A DNA stretch of 64,000 nt from Utricularia gibba (Eukaryota > Plantae > Magnoliophyta), in NCBI GenBank assembly GCA_002189035.1, contig NEEC01000002.1, positions 186,001 to 250,000 of the forward strand. The letters are read 5' to 3'. The position numbers and the translations under genes are program-made. Under the pieces are notes generated by a model. That model did no database searches, was not told the origin of the DNA, and was given only the letters and a program-made list of their open reading frames with translations. Of this stretch, positions 52,601-64,000 are shown one piece after another (positions within the stretch are counted from its first letter, which is position 1; the number at the start of each line of letters is the position of its first letter).

Positions 52601-55600
52601 AGCTGTCTGATCTCCAAAGGGATGAAAGATTCCGCGAAAGAAGTCAATGGTACCCAGAAAGAAATGTGGACCTTTCGCCCACCCAGACAAGTGGAGTCTA
52701 GTGCCTGTCAGCCTTCAATTCTCAAGCTTACTTACCACAGTGACTCCATGTCAAAAACACCCAAGTCAATTCAGGAATTCAAGACCCCATATGTTAGAGG
52801 AATGCGCGCATGTAAACCCAAATTCACAATTGCTCTCAACTCACATTCGTCGAAATTTTTTTCCACGTACGATTTGTTCCTCCAACGGCTCCTACCTACC
52901 TACCTACCCATTGGGTCCCTGCGTGCGTAAACGGGTGCTATAAAGAGCCAACGGGTCGGGTCGATCCTCAGATCAGGGTAGATTATTAGGGTTCAACCAG
53001 AATCTGAGACCCAGATGTTTGAAGCTCAAGAAGAAAGAGTGTTTACGGTGGAGCATATGAGGAGGGTGGGGGTGCGTGGGATCCAATCCAACAATACGTT
53101 TCGGTCCCTTTGGCAATCAATACAAACTCCCAAGGCTCCATCGTTTTCGAAAATGACGCCCATAAACCAAATGTGCTTCTTTGACTATTCTTTGGCAGCA
53201 TTTTTTTTATAGTAAACAATAGCATACGTGCACTTCTTTGTCAACCTGTCATATCATCATTATTGATGCCCATCGCGAAATTTAAATTCGCCAGCCCTTT
53301 TCAATTGGATTGCACTCGAATTTTTTGAATTTCACGCAATCGTACAATTTTCGTGAAAAAAAAATGGAGAAAACGCATGTTTTATAATTCTTTGATATTA
53401 TTGTATTTAAGTATTGAATATAATTAATTATATACAATGTTTGATATAAGATAATATAATTTTAAGTATGTGGATAATATAAATATAATTAACATTTTCT
53501 TCATTTATGTATACTTAAAAAATGAATATATATATTTAATATAATCATATAAGTTTGTATAATATATATATTAACTAATCAAACAATGATATATGTGTAA
53601 ATTTTGGTATAAATCTTCATAGCTTCTCAAGATCCCCATCACCATTAGGGCCTCGACGAGCAATCACCAGTAGAAAATTGTCGGCTGCATTGGCAAGAGA
53701 GTGTTTCAGTTGCAAGTTGTCCGATCCAACAAGAAATGAGTTGTCCGGCTGCGAGCTCGCTCGTCTCATTGATCATGGGGAACGTTAACCGGGAAAACTG
53801 CATATGCTTTTTTGCCTTGAGTTTTATGTCGGTGCAACGATCAGTCTCAGAAGGAACATTTCTTTATCTCTTCGACGGCAAACCTAATGAATGCGATTGT
53901 GTTAAAGCTCATTAGGTTAGCAGCGTGGCAACGTTCAGTTTGGCTGCAGAATGATTCCTCTTCCCCTTGGCCTGACTGTCGTACGACACCTAGGAAAGGC
54001 GAATCTTTGTCCGCACGCACGTTAGGAAAAGAACACTATTACTATCCGATAACAACCCCGTTAGGAAAAGAACACAAAAGTAGCAGTCAGACCCCAAAAT
54101 CACCATTAATCCGCTAATCGCCCCTCTGATCCCCACTTTTAGAACGTCACGATCCCGATTGTACGCAGTTTGGTGTCGTCATTAATAGATTGCACATGCA
54201 GCTGCCCTGGCAACGGGTCCGCGTTTAGCAGCTGCATGCTAAGACGCCACGATAACCCTGAATTATTTCAAAACAGGCTGTCTAATCCCGAAGACTCCAA
54301 AAGCATAATCAATCAGTCGAACTCCCACTCACCGCCCACACAGAATCGATAGAAACAAAATACGGTGGACACCATAATCTGCACGATCATGAATAAGGCA
54401 CTGTGCAGTGCAGGATTCTCAGTCGCCTCTCTCTCTACTTTACTGGTTTGTTGTTTAGGAGATGGATTAAAGAGAGTGATGAGCAACTCGTAAATTTTTT
54501 AACAGATGCTTGGTTTATTTAATGCGTGGTTGCATGATGAGACTAGTTACAAAACAAAACGGGATGTCAAGGAGGGACTGAGTTATCAGTAGGGGTCCTT
54601 GATGGGTGGGGTGTTATCAGACTGTTAGGGGAACATGCTCACGTGCCCATCGTCCGTCTGTCATGGGATAATGACTGCTAATCCTTTGAGATTAAATTAA
54701 GCTTTCTCTTGTGGTGTCGTTTTCCCGGGCTAATCAAACCATCACTTCCGAGCTAATGACGACAGAGAAAGGGGGTTGAGCGCCTGGGCTCGCCCTTGGC
54801 AACAACAACCTCCGGCATGCTTCTGTTGGGTTTGCAGGATCGTTTGTTTGTTGGGTAATTTGATGGGGATTCCCCGGAGTGGGCGGAACAGCCACCCAGA
54901 CCTAATGGGCGGAATGAGTACTCTTGTTTGGGATGGGCTTTTTGTGCCGGGCCGGCCTGGGGTCATTTGTGGGGCCCATATCTAAGATAGGGAATGAGCC
55001 GAAAGCGATGCTAGAGTGGCTTTATTGGGCCTAATAACCGCGATGCTTCAAGGGCTCATCGTTATGTCTTCAGATTGGAAGAAGATCGATCTGACTTCTT
55101 GGAACACGACTAACGATTGCGATTGCGGCTGCTTCGATCGCGAAACTTCCTCGCCGGTTTTCAGATCCGTCCTAGAAGACGGAGGTGAGAATCATCGGAG
55201 ATTCTTAGCTTATGTTGTCAGAATCGTGCTGTGTATGGCCGCGATTGCCAACTGTTTGTTTGATATGTGTCCGAGTTCGCAACCAATGTTGATCGGCGAA
55301 GTGGATCTCGTCGTCTGATTCTCCGGAACTCGCAGCCGAAAACCCAAAATTACATTTTATTCAAAAACCCGGTTCGAAGGCAATAGACTAGGAACGCCAG
55401 AGTTGAGCCCGGCCGGCTTGGCTAATCACACTCGCGCATTTAATGACTTGCGCGACAAAAATATTACGACACAAACCATCAGCAGCAACTTCTTGATAAT
55501 GACGTCATTAAGACTATGATTACCATGAATAATCTTGAAATTCAAGATGGAATGAAATGTACGTCAAATTTCGTCACCATCAATACAATTATTACTAGTT

Positions 55601-55602
55601 CA

Positions 55603-55648
55603 TAGGGTTTTAGGGTTTAGGGTTTTAAGATTTAGGGTTTAGGGTTAG
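55603..55648. repeat. Degenerate interstitial telomere-like (TTTAGGG)n tract
   Basis: tagggttttagggtttagggttttaagatttagggtttagggttag, read directly. Confidence 0.7.
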
Positions 55649-56195
55649 TATTTCAATTTTATATGTGGGATTGGTTTTGATTATTTTCTTCGATAATTAA
55701 TTGGTGTGATAAATTATCATGTTCGGTACAAGCTATGGATTAGGCTTCAATGTCTCACCTTAATGTCGTATTCAAGGCTAATAACTACGTGGACTAATTT
55801 AAGGGCAATAACTACCTGGACCCTTGCCTTTTGGTAATGCCCTACTACGTCTACGATTCATCTCGGGCTTGTGTTCTGATCGATATTACTATTATTGTTA
55901 TTATTATAAAAATCCAGAATAATTTAAATATTTTAGTATTTTTTTATTATATAACGAAAGTGAAAAGGAGGAATATTGTGAAAAGTAATTAAAAATTGAA
56001 TACAGGAGTGTAGAGGTGGATTGACAGGTATTGTGCGGGTCCACATCTATTCTGTATCTTTCACCTTTCCCTTTTATTTATTATTATTATTTATTTTTTT
56101 TCCATTTCTGCGTCTTCGTGTGTTTTCGGTTTTTACACCTCACTTCACTCGCTCCTCTCCACAAGCTAACGCCGAATCAAATCTTCCTTCCTCGA

Positions 56196-58165
56196 ATGGC
56201 CTCCACTGACGCCGCCGCTACATCGGATCTTGCCGCCGACGTAAGCATTCGTTCGTCCTTTACTTCTTCGATTCGCTGTTTGATTTTCAATAATTGCTTT
56301 CCCTTCTTCGATCGAGTTCGTGGTTCGCGTGTACTTCGAAACTGTTGTTTACGATTCGGATTACTGGTTAATTCATCACCTTGTGTTCGGAGGAGATCTT
56401 GATCGGAATTTTATTGCAGAAAGTTGACGAGAAGAACACAAGCAAGGAGAGTGTGGAAGATCAGAAGGAAGAGGAGAAGGTAACTGAAGACCCTGTAGTT
56501 GAAGCAAGTAATGACAGCAAGAAAGAGACTGTGTCAGAAGGGAAGAAAGAGGATTCTCCGGATGATGATGTCAAAGGCATCGAAGCCGTGACGGATGGAA
56601 AGATAACCGCTGCTCCTCTGGTTCAAGACGGTGTCGATGATGAATCGAAGTTTGAGGAGAAGATCGCTGAGCCTGCTCATGTTGAAGTTGTGAAGGAAAC
56701 TACCCCGGAGGTTGAAGATGGAGGTGATAATGAGCCGAAGATCGAGGAGAAGCCCAACGAGGTTTTTAAGGGTGAAGATGTGAAGGAAACTGAACTTGAG
56801 GTCGAAGATGCAGGTGATGATGAGGCCAAGATCAAGGAGCAGCCCACCGAGTCTGCTACGGGCGAAGATGCTAAGGAAACTGAACCCGAGGTTGAGGAAA
56901 AGGCTGTCGATATTCCTCCAGTCGAGGATGCGAAGCATGTTGAAAACAAGCCCCAAGAGAAGGTTGTCGAAGATGTGAAGGAAGCTGAGGCCAGTGTGGA
57001 GGAAAAGATAGCCGATGCTCCAGTTGAAGACATCAAAGATACCGAGACCAAGTCTGTGGAGAACATCGCTGATCTTCCTCTAGGTGATATAAAGAGCATA
57101 GAAGACAACATCGTCTCTGAGACAGAAGCCAAGATAGAGGAAAAGGTTGATGAGCTTCCAGTAGTTGAGGCTGTAAAGAGCCTCAAAGACACCGAGACCA
57201 AATCTGAGGAGAACATCGTTGATCTTCCTCTAGGTGATATTAAGAGCATAGAAGATAACATCATCTCTGAGACAGAAGCCAAAATAGAGGAAAAGGTTGA
57301 TGAGCTTCCAGTAGTTGAGGCTGTAAAGAGCCTCAAAGATACCGAGACCAAGTCTGAGGAGAACATCGTTGATCTTCCTCTAGGTGATATAAAGAGCATA
57401 GAAGATAACATCATCTCTGAGACAGAAGCCAAGATAGAGGAAAAGGTTGACGACCTTCCAGTAGTTGAGTCTGTAAAGAACCTTGAAGCTAACCTTGTTC
57501 CTGAATCAGAAACCAAGATAGAGGAAAAGATCAATGAGCCCCCAACTGCCCCAGCTGAAACACACGCCAGGTTGGAAGAAACTATCAGTGAACAACCTCT
57601 AATAGAACAGGTGAAGAACCTCGAATCCACGATTCTGACGGAATTAGAATCGAAGACGGAGGATACTGTGACACCCCAACTTGAAATAGAACCGAAACTT
57701 GCAGAAGAAAGCATTGCCTCAGGAGATCCAGGAAAGGTTGAAACAGAAACTCCCATATCTGAAGTGGCCAAGTCCCTGGTTCAACCAGAAGAAAACCCCG
57801 ATGATGCTACGCGCTCCATTGGTGTTACAGAAGTATCAGACAAGCAGGTGGCCGAAGACTCCGTTGAGAAAGATGTTCACACTTTGGAAGCGAAACTGCA
57901 GCAAGAGAAAACAGCTCCAGACACCCCAGATGAAACCGTGCAGGAAAACCAAACGGAGGACGCAGAAAAGAAGGATTTTCCAATTCCGGAACCTACTGAA
58001 GACACGAAGACGAGGGATGCCACTATTGAGAAGGACAACGTCAAAGTGAAGACCCCGAAACAATCCATTGTTAAGATTGTTAAGCATTCATTGTCCAAGG
58101 CCAAGAAAGCAATCTTAGGAAAGCCACAAAGCTTAAAAGCTAAGGATGATGGTGCTGACAAGTAG
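56196..58165 (+). CDS. Acidic E/D/K/V-rich disordered protein with tandem repeats (neurofilament-like plant family)
   Basis: Exon 56196-56240 (MASTDAAATSDLAAD|gtaagc) and exon 56420-58165, in phase. The basic C-terminal motif IVKIVKHSLSKAKKAILGK resembles the recalled KVKQSLVKAKKAIIG end of plant neurofilament-related proteins. Confidence 0.78.
57038..57487 (+). repeat. Three near-identical 150-bp (50-aa) coding tandem repeats
   Basis: Units start at 57038, 57188 and 57338 (DTETKSxENIxDLPLGDIKSIEDNIxSETEAKIEEKVDELPVVEAVKSLK). Confidence 0.92.
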
Positions 58166-58551
58166 CATGTTACAACCGGGACAAAGTGGTATGCTTCCAT
58201 ATCTTATGTGTGAGATCAGTTTTATGATCAAGCCCACCTGTTTGTTACTATTTTCCTGCCTGCCGTTGTCTCTGCATATTAGTAGCTTGGTGCTCTCTGT
58301 GAGTCTACGTCATCAAAGACGGTCTATGTTTCACTGTGTGGTGGTGTGCATATATATTCATTCATGATCCATGTGTAAATACTACGTTAAAAATCATTCG
58401 TTACTATTGTGCTTCCATCTAAATTGATCCAACCACAGTTTTTCTTCCACGAGAACAATCTCCAGGAAAAGAACTGAAAATGGAAGAACTTCCCAGGCAA
58501 TTCATACTCGAGGAGAAGTGAAAAGCAAAAGGCAGAATAGGAGTTGTAACC

Positions 58552-59486
58552 TCACCCCTTGAACTGCCACTCCCTGCGGCACATGGGACAATGTGCTTGA
58601 GAAGTCTGTGCATTTACCCATTTGAGTATACAGTGAAGATGAAATGCATGGTTGCAAGCTCCCCATACTGCCAAAACCACATCTCATGAAGGTTATTTTG
58701 GAATAAGCAAGCTACCATAATCATAAACTGTATAAAAAATATCTATGGATCGAGTAATGCTTAGGAAGAGAAAAGGTGTGCATACTCAGAGGGCAATCAT
58801 CTCCTGGTAGCCTGCAGTCAGGACAGCATCCATCGAAAGCCATCCGGCAAATTCCGCAAGTTTCATCTTGTGCGTTCCATGTCCAAGCAGCAACGGCATG
58901 CCACCTGAAAGGTGTTCAAATATCTATTCAGACATTTTTTTACTGGAGTGCTATTTCTTGCATTCATATGAAAAAGGGATGAGTACATACTCTTTCAGAC
59001 AGAAGCATCGCAGTCCACAGCTACTGAGTCAAGGAAATGAGTTCCACCGAACACATTAACCGACGCAAGCACAAAAGGTCACAAGCTTTGAATGAAAGAA
59101 TCAAGTGCCAGAAATGATCAAAATGAAATGAAAGGTTAAACCTTTGTTTACCAGATACGTAATCAACGTAACCGTTTGAGATTCTTTGAGGCTTATAATG
59201 CAAAAAGTCATGAGAGCCATTTGCCCGACTCAGGAACACAAAAAAAGGATACGCAAAATATTGACCTTCAGTGTCTTCTGTCCTGAAATCATCGAAATTC
59301 AACGACTTAGATTCATAGATAACAAACCAGTATCAGGAACAGCCGTCTAGTTTTTTTCAGAAGCATTTCATCCAATGCTAACCACTAAAGTAATCCCGCC
59401 CAAAACCATACATGGAACGAACCGCAGTACAGACAATTACCTGCGGTACTTGAGATCGAAACTTGAGTAGAATTGGGCGGGGCCAT
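58552..59486 (-). CDS. APC11: Anaphase-promoting complex subunit 11 (RING-H2); absent from the ORF track
   Basis: Exons 59486-59441, 59282-59253, 58904-58786 and 58667-58552 give ...LKVNIL(R)[77 protein letters not shown]. The exon 2/3 junction is 1 nt short. Confidence 0.92.
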
Positions 59487-60399
59487 TTTTTGCGGAAGCT
59501 GGTCGGAATTGGGTTCCTGAAAACCTAAAGCCGGATCTGGGAATTAATCTAACGCCATTCCCCTGTTTTGCTTATAGGAATCACTTGAACGCTGTAAATG
59601 CCGTCACATTCTCATTCCGGGAATGGAGTTCGCATTCAGATCACAACCCTAATCTCTTCAGTCTCTGAGAAATTTTACTTAATTAGCAAAAAAAAGTCCT
59701 AATTAAGAGAACATACATATAAATATGATTAATTTTATATTTTTAAACGAAAATTAAAAAGATTCACTTTTTAAAAATAAATATCAAATTTTGATCGGAA
59801 CAAACTGACTGATTTTTTTTTAAAATATTATACCTGTATTTTAACCAAAAGCCAAATGAATACACTTGTTTCTTCAAGGGGGAAAAAAATTACCTTGTCC
59901 GAAGGGTCGCACCAGCCGAACTTTTCCTGGCATCCTCTGATGGGTAAGGGAACCTGTTCTCTTGTGGGAAGGCTGGCGCTCGCCATATCTGAAAGCGAAA
60001 CATCTGATTATACAGCTCTGCGAATATTCTCAAGGACACAGTGTTGAAAAACCATCTACTGTGTAGAGAAACTTCAGGAGCATCATGATGGAGAAGGGTC
60101 TGCAAGAAAGTATGCAGATGCACGTACAATGTTCGGTGGCAGCGAAGGGATGCAAGCAGCAAAACACTTCCGGTGACTGCTCCCGGTTCGTCAGGCTCCT
60201 CAGGAAATATGTCATCAAGCAACCTGGGGGCTCCAAAATAAGCATCCTGATTCAGAAGCTCAGCAGATTATAAAGCACAAGCAGTGTTCCAGCAGCAAAT
60301 CAGACATGGTGGGTCAGCACAGGCTTCAACAGGCATTGCTGGACCTACCCACATCAAGGCCTTCGGATTTGCGAAACATTGTATTTGTTCATGTAACCT

Positions 60400-62739
60400 C
60401 TATGTAATGGCTCTGTGGAGATACTGACGAAATGTTGACAGAGCGCGTCTGTCCGGCTGGATTCCCTTAGATTGCATTTCCTTCAGCAAACCATAGGCCA
60501 TGTTCAAGTGTCCCATTTTACAGTACCCAGAAATCAGAGCGGAAAATGCAGCAACATCAGGGGTCAATGCCCGTTCAATTATATAATTGAAAAGTAAAAC
60601 AGCATCTTTGATGTTTCCAGATTTGCAGTTGTAATCGATTAACACTGTATACGTAACTATATCAGGCTCAACCTTCATCTCTTTCATGGCACTCCACAAT
60701 TCCACAACAAATTGGTGCAAGTAGTACGCCTTCACATCATTTTTGCACCTAGGCTTTTTTGAAATTACCTTGGAAAGCCCATCAAGCAACACAGTAAATG
60801 CAATGGTGTCAGGATACATGCCCATTTTCGTCATGTGAATAAAAAGATCAATAGACTTCTGGGGACTATTAGCATGAAAGTAGCCCTTCATCAGCATTGT
60901 ATATAGAGTCACACCTGGGGACATGCGTTTTTCTACAATCTGATCAAATACCCATTGAGCCCTCACCATATCACCAGCACAACAAAGAGCATTGACAAGT
61001 TTTCCATAGGCAATCATGCTTTTATCATTTCCAAAGGGTAGCAAAGTCTCAAACAACTTAACAGCCCTGTCATTTTCACCTTTCATACAGAGGGTGCTCA
61101 GAAGTTTCAAACCACATTTACATGGTAAAATTCCTTTTTTCAAAAGATCATTGAAAAGGGCATAGCCTAAAGTAGTTCTACCTGACTCACAATATCCACA
61201 AATCATGGAGGCGTAGTTGCCTATACTCCTTGGATACACATTCATGAAATACTTTTCAGCTTCCTTCACCTTTCTTGCAGAACATAAACCTTCAATTATC
61301 TTGTTGTGGGTCAATGGCCTCGGAGTTACACCTTGACATTCCATTTCGTTCAAAATAGAAAGCATTTCATCTACAAGACCACATCGGGAAAATCCACCAA
61401 CCAAGACATCATAGGAAATTTCATCAGCCTGAATACCGAGCAGTTTCATTTCCACCATTAGCTTTTTAGCATGAAGTATCTCCCTATACTGACAACAACC
61501 ACTGATCAAAGTAGTGTAGTGCACGACATCAGGGATTAGCTTCTCAGACTTCATCTCCTGAAATAGTCCCAAAGCCATATCCAACTGCCCCATTTTACAT
61601 AAGGCATCCATTGCAACACTATACGCAACTTTATCAACAAAATTTCTCTCTGCCTTAAAGCCGTTGAACAGTTGTATCGCTTCATGAGGCCTGCCAATCA
61701 TGCACCAACATCGAAGAATAGAGGTGAGAATAACACAATCCATTTTTATTCCATTTTTTTCCATTTCATCACAAGCAGTTAGAGCTTTCACGATAGCTCC
61801 AGTCTGACAATAACCATGAATCATTGGGCGGTAATTGACTTCAAATCCCTGTTTTAGCATTCCAACAAAAACAATTTCAACTTGTGTCATCCTCTTTTCC
61901 TGAGAAAGACCCTGAATGACAACATTGTAACCATATGCATCAATATCCCTAGCTCCATCTTTCCCCAGCTCCAAGAACATTTCCCAAACCTTTTCAGAAT
62001 TGCCACCTCGGTTATATGCTTTTACCAAAATCGCAAAAGTAAATGCATTTGGATTAAGACCAAGATTCTTCATATTCCTATAAACAGCTACAGCTAAATC
62101 TGTTTTCCCATGGTGTGTCAACCTGCAAATCAAATAATTACATGAAAATATGCATGGCGTTATCCCATGTCTTTTGATATCAAAAAGAGTGTGAATGGCT
62201 TCATCAAACATTCCAACAGACACAAAGCTCTTAACTATGGAACTAAAGGCAGGAATCAAGGAGCTTGACCCACCATCGTTAACCTCACGCCATTCATCAA
62301 TTGCCATTGCTTCCAACAACTCAGAAATCTTAAAACACAATTCATATTCCTTCAGGCCTATCATGTCTTTAAATAAATATTCCAGCTCCCCCTTCCTATT
62401 TCTCGGGCAAAGAATTTTAATAATAGCTAAGTAGCTCTGGACATCATGCTGAAACCCAACTTTCTTAAGTTGGTTAAAATAGGAAAATGCGGATAAGGGC
62501 TCATTTCTCAAACTTTTTAGAATCTCGATAACATCAGAGGAACTGAACTGCGGAGATTCGGCAAGGTAGCTGCTTTTGGAGTAATATGAAGGATCATACT
62601 CGTTCCCTGAATCTGAACCCTGTTCCTCAGAACACGAGTCCGCTAAATAAGGCGTGAAATGGGCGAGGGAAGGAACACCATAAAATCTAACAAAGTGGCC
62701 GTTCTTGAAAATTTTCCAGAGAGAGGAAAATGCTCTCAT
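60400..62739 (-). CDS. P-class pentatricopeptide repeat protein, probably mitochondrial, 779 aa, single exon
   Basis: Tandem 35-aa PPR motifs (e.g. PDVVHYTTLISGCC, PDIVTYTVLIDYNCKSG), no E/DYW domain, and an N-terminal presequence-like region. Confidence 0.93.
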   Translation of the reverse strand: MRAFSSLWKIFKNGHFVRFYGVPSLAHFTPYLADSCSEEQGSDSGNEYDPSYYSKSSYLAESPQFSSSDVIEILKSLRNEPLSAFSYFNQLKKVGFQHDVQSYLAIIKILCPRNRKGELEYLFKDMIGLKEYELCFKISELLEAMAIDEWREVNDGGSSSLIPAFSSIVKSFVSVGMFDEAIHTLFDIKRHGITPCIFSCNYLICRLTHHGKTDLAVAVYRNMKNLGLNPNAFTFAILVKAYNRGGNSEKVWEMFLELGKDGARDIDAYGYNVVIQGLSQEKRMTQVEIVFVGMLKQGFEVNYRPMIHGYCQTGAIVKALTACDEMEKNGIKMDCVILTSILRCWCMIGRPHEAIQLFNGFKAERNFVDKVAYSVAMDALCKMGQLDMALGLFQEMKSEKLIPDVVHYTTLISGCCQYREILHAKKLMVEMKLLGIQADEISYDVLVGGFSRCGLVDEMLSILNEMECQGVTPRPLTHNKIIEGLCSARKVKEAEKYFMNVYPRSIGNYASMICGYCESGRTTLGYALFNDLLKKGILPCKCGLKLLSTLCMKGENDRAVKLFETLLPFGNDKSMIAYGKLVNALCCAGDMVRAQWVFDQIVEKRMSPGVTLYTMLMKGYFHANSPQKSIDLFIHMTKMGMYPDTIAFTVLLDGLSKVISKKPRCKNDVKAYYLHQFVVELWSAMKEMKVEPDIVTYTVLIDYNCKSGNIKDAVLLFNYIIERALTPDVAAFSALISGYCKMGHLNMAYGLLKEMQSKGIQPDRRALSTFRQYLHRAIT

Positions 62740-63773
62740 CGAACAGAATAGCAGGACGAAATCTCATTATGTCAATGCCACGTTGGCTTGTGCTCTCTCA
62801 GCAATTCTTAGGATAGTGTCAAGCAAACTGGAGAAGTCGAAAGCGATGATTAAGAATACGAAAGCGAAATACAATGGTTGTGGATTCCCTGTGGAAATCG
62901 GAAAAGGCGATTTGACAGCGGCTGCTATCATGACATAACAGAACTCGGAAGAAAAGTAACCTTCTACTACGAAAGGTGATTTCCGTATCCGCGGAAGAGA
63001 AATCCGGAATGCCGTCCGAGGCAGGGGGCGGGGCGACTACAGTGATGACGGCCACGCTTCGACTTCAGAAGTGCGTTGAAACGCACAAGGATAAGACACT
63101 AGAAGAGAGCAACCATATTAGAAATTGCAGAAGAAGAAGCCGATGGGAAGCGGAAGGAAAGCGCTTGACCAAAGTTCAAGAAAAAATTTCCAGAATTTTA
63201 TGGCTTAACTGTACTAATGAAGTCCAGTTGGTATGAAGCCCAGTTCTGCTAATTGGACCAATTCTGAGGGAAAAATGTAGAAGACGAGGGTATATTCGTC
63301 TATTCCTTTTTGATTAATCTCAGCCCGGTTAACATCAGGCCCAAAACCTCATGGCTCTCTTCTTGGACATCTGACTTCTGATGGGGCTTCCATAATGACC
63401 CATCTCATAATCAGGCCCAGACTACGTAGAGCAGAGTCATGATGCCCTGCAAGTTGTTTTGATCCAGCAGAATTATGAATTATTGTTCATGGAGTAATCA
63501 GTCTCCTTGTGGCTTGTAGGAAAAATAGCATTCGAAAGAGATACAGCTGCAGAAGCAGAAGCAGCAAGAGATGAAGAATAAAACTATCCTTGGAAAAGGA
63601 AGTCATCTTCATCGCCAATTGGTGCAACCAATCCAGCCAACTCTTGTACATGTGAACTTCTGAACAAAAGCAAGGCAGAAGTGAACAATCCCGATCTCTG
63701 CAACGAGAACAAAAAATGATAGTGGTGATGTTCATCGTACCGTAGTTTCATATTTGAAGGCTGCGCTTCGGGT

Positions 63774-63963
63774 TTATATTGGGGACCTGAAAGCTTCACC
63801 GGCATAGCGGACATCTCCCAGTTCCTCTTCAATGCGAAGAAGCTGAACGAAAGCAATGGAAATGAGTCTTTCCCATGCATTGGATTCTTTTATGCGGGTT
63901 TTGCAGTAGTACCTGATTGTACTTGGCAAGCCGCTCACTTCTACAGGGGGCTCCAGTTTTTAT
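63774..63963 (-). CDS. ENO1: Enolase, last two exons (plastid ENO1-type C-terminus); gene continues beyond the window
   Basis: Exon 63963-63913 IKTGAPCRSERLAKYNQ and exon 63842-63774 LLRIEEELGDVRYAGEAFRSPI*. The first is the enolase signature and the tail matches the plastid isoform as recalled. Confidence 0.9.
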
Positions 63964-64000
63964 CTAGGAAGAGAATGAAAGTAATGGAAAGGTACTTCTA

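Noticed and set aside
51700-53250. Short ORFs in moderately GC-rich intergenic DNA as TE remnants
   Set aside because: No RT, integrase, transposase or helicase motifs were recognised, and no termini were found.
54020-54075. 17-bp direct repeat CGTTAGGAAAAGAACAC
   Set aside because: Only two copies, with no associated element or structure.
57038-57487. Regular repeats as a CRISPR-like array
   Set aside because: The units are contiguous, in-frame coding repeats with no unique spacers, in a eukaryotic gene.
56677-57771. 364-aa Ser-rich antisense ORF
   Set aside because: It is a shadow of the acidic repeat gene. The biased codons and repeats on the plus strand explain the lack of stops.
59890-60400. 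ORFs and a splice donor between PPR and APC11
   Set aside because: No recognisable protein in any frame. It is compatible with PPR 3'UTR, and read-through to APC11 is unsupported.
63487-63880. Track ORFs 63487-63735 and 63584-63880
   Set aside because: They are out-of-frame overlaps with the enolase last exon and its 3'UTR.

Overview
This is nuclear DNA from a plant (eudicot-like) with a compact genome. About 20 intron-containing or intronless loci fit in 64 kb, and many introns are about 70-110 nt. No prokaryotic features such as CRISPR or rRNA were seen. In order: 3' end of an unidentified gene, AKR2, p24delta, an intronless PRP2/DHX16 helicase, a decayed MRT4 pseudogene, an SABP2-like methylesterase, chloroplast RH3, a polyamine transporter, an S-protein homolog, KORRIGAN-type GH9A, an HPCA1-like LRR-VIII-1 kinase with a MITE upstream, NDUFB3, SART3/Prp24, a ZF-HD factor, QCR6, a RanBP2-type zinc-finger protein, an R2R3-MYB, an acidic tandem-repeat protein, APC11, a P-class PPR, and the 3' end of plastid enolase. 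QCR6, APC11, enolase and the MRT4 pseudogene are not recoverable from the ORF track and were found by reading splice sites by hand. At least six otherwise intact genes carry 1-nt frameshifts at short G/C runs, most likely long-read consensus errors. I found no clearly new multi-gene system. The best leads are gene-structure oddities: an APC11 whose conserved start Met is Leu and which gains a 19-aa extension, the intronless PRP2 copy, the MRT4 relic, an intron in a ZF-HD gene, and a two-tier repeat protein. All homology calls come from recalled family motifs, not database searches.
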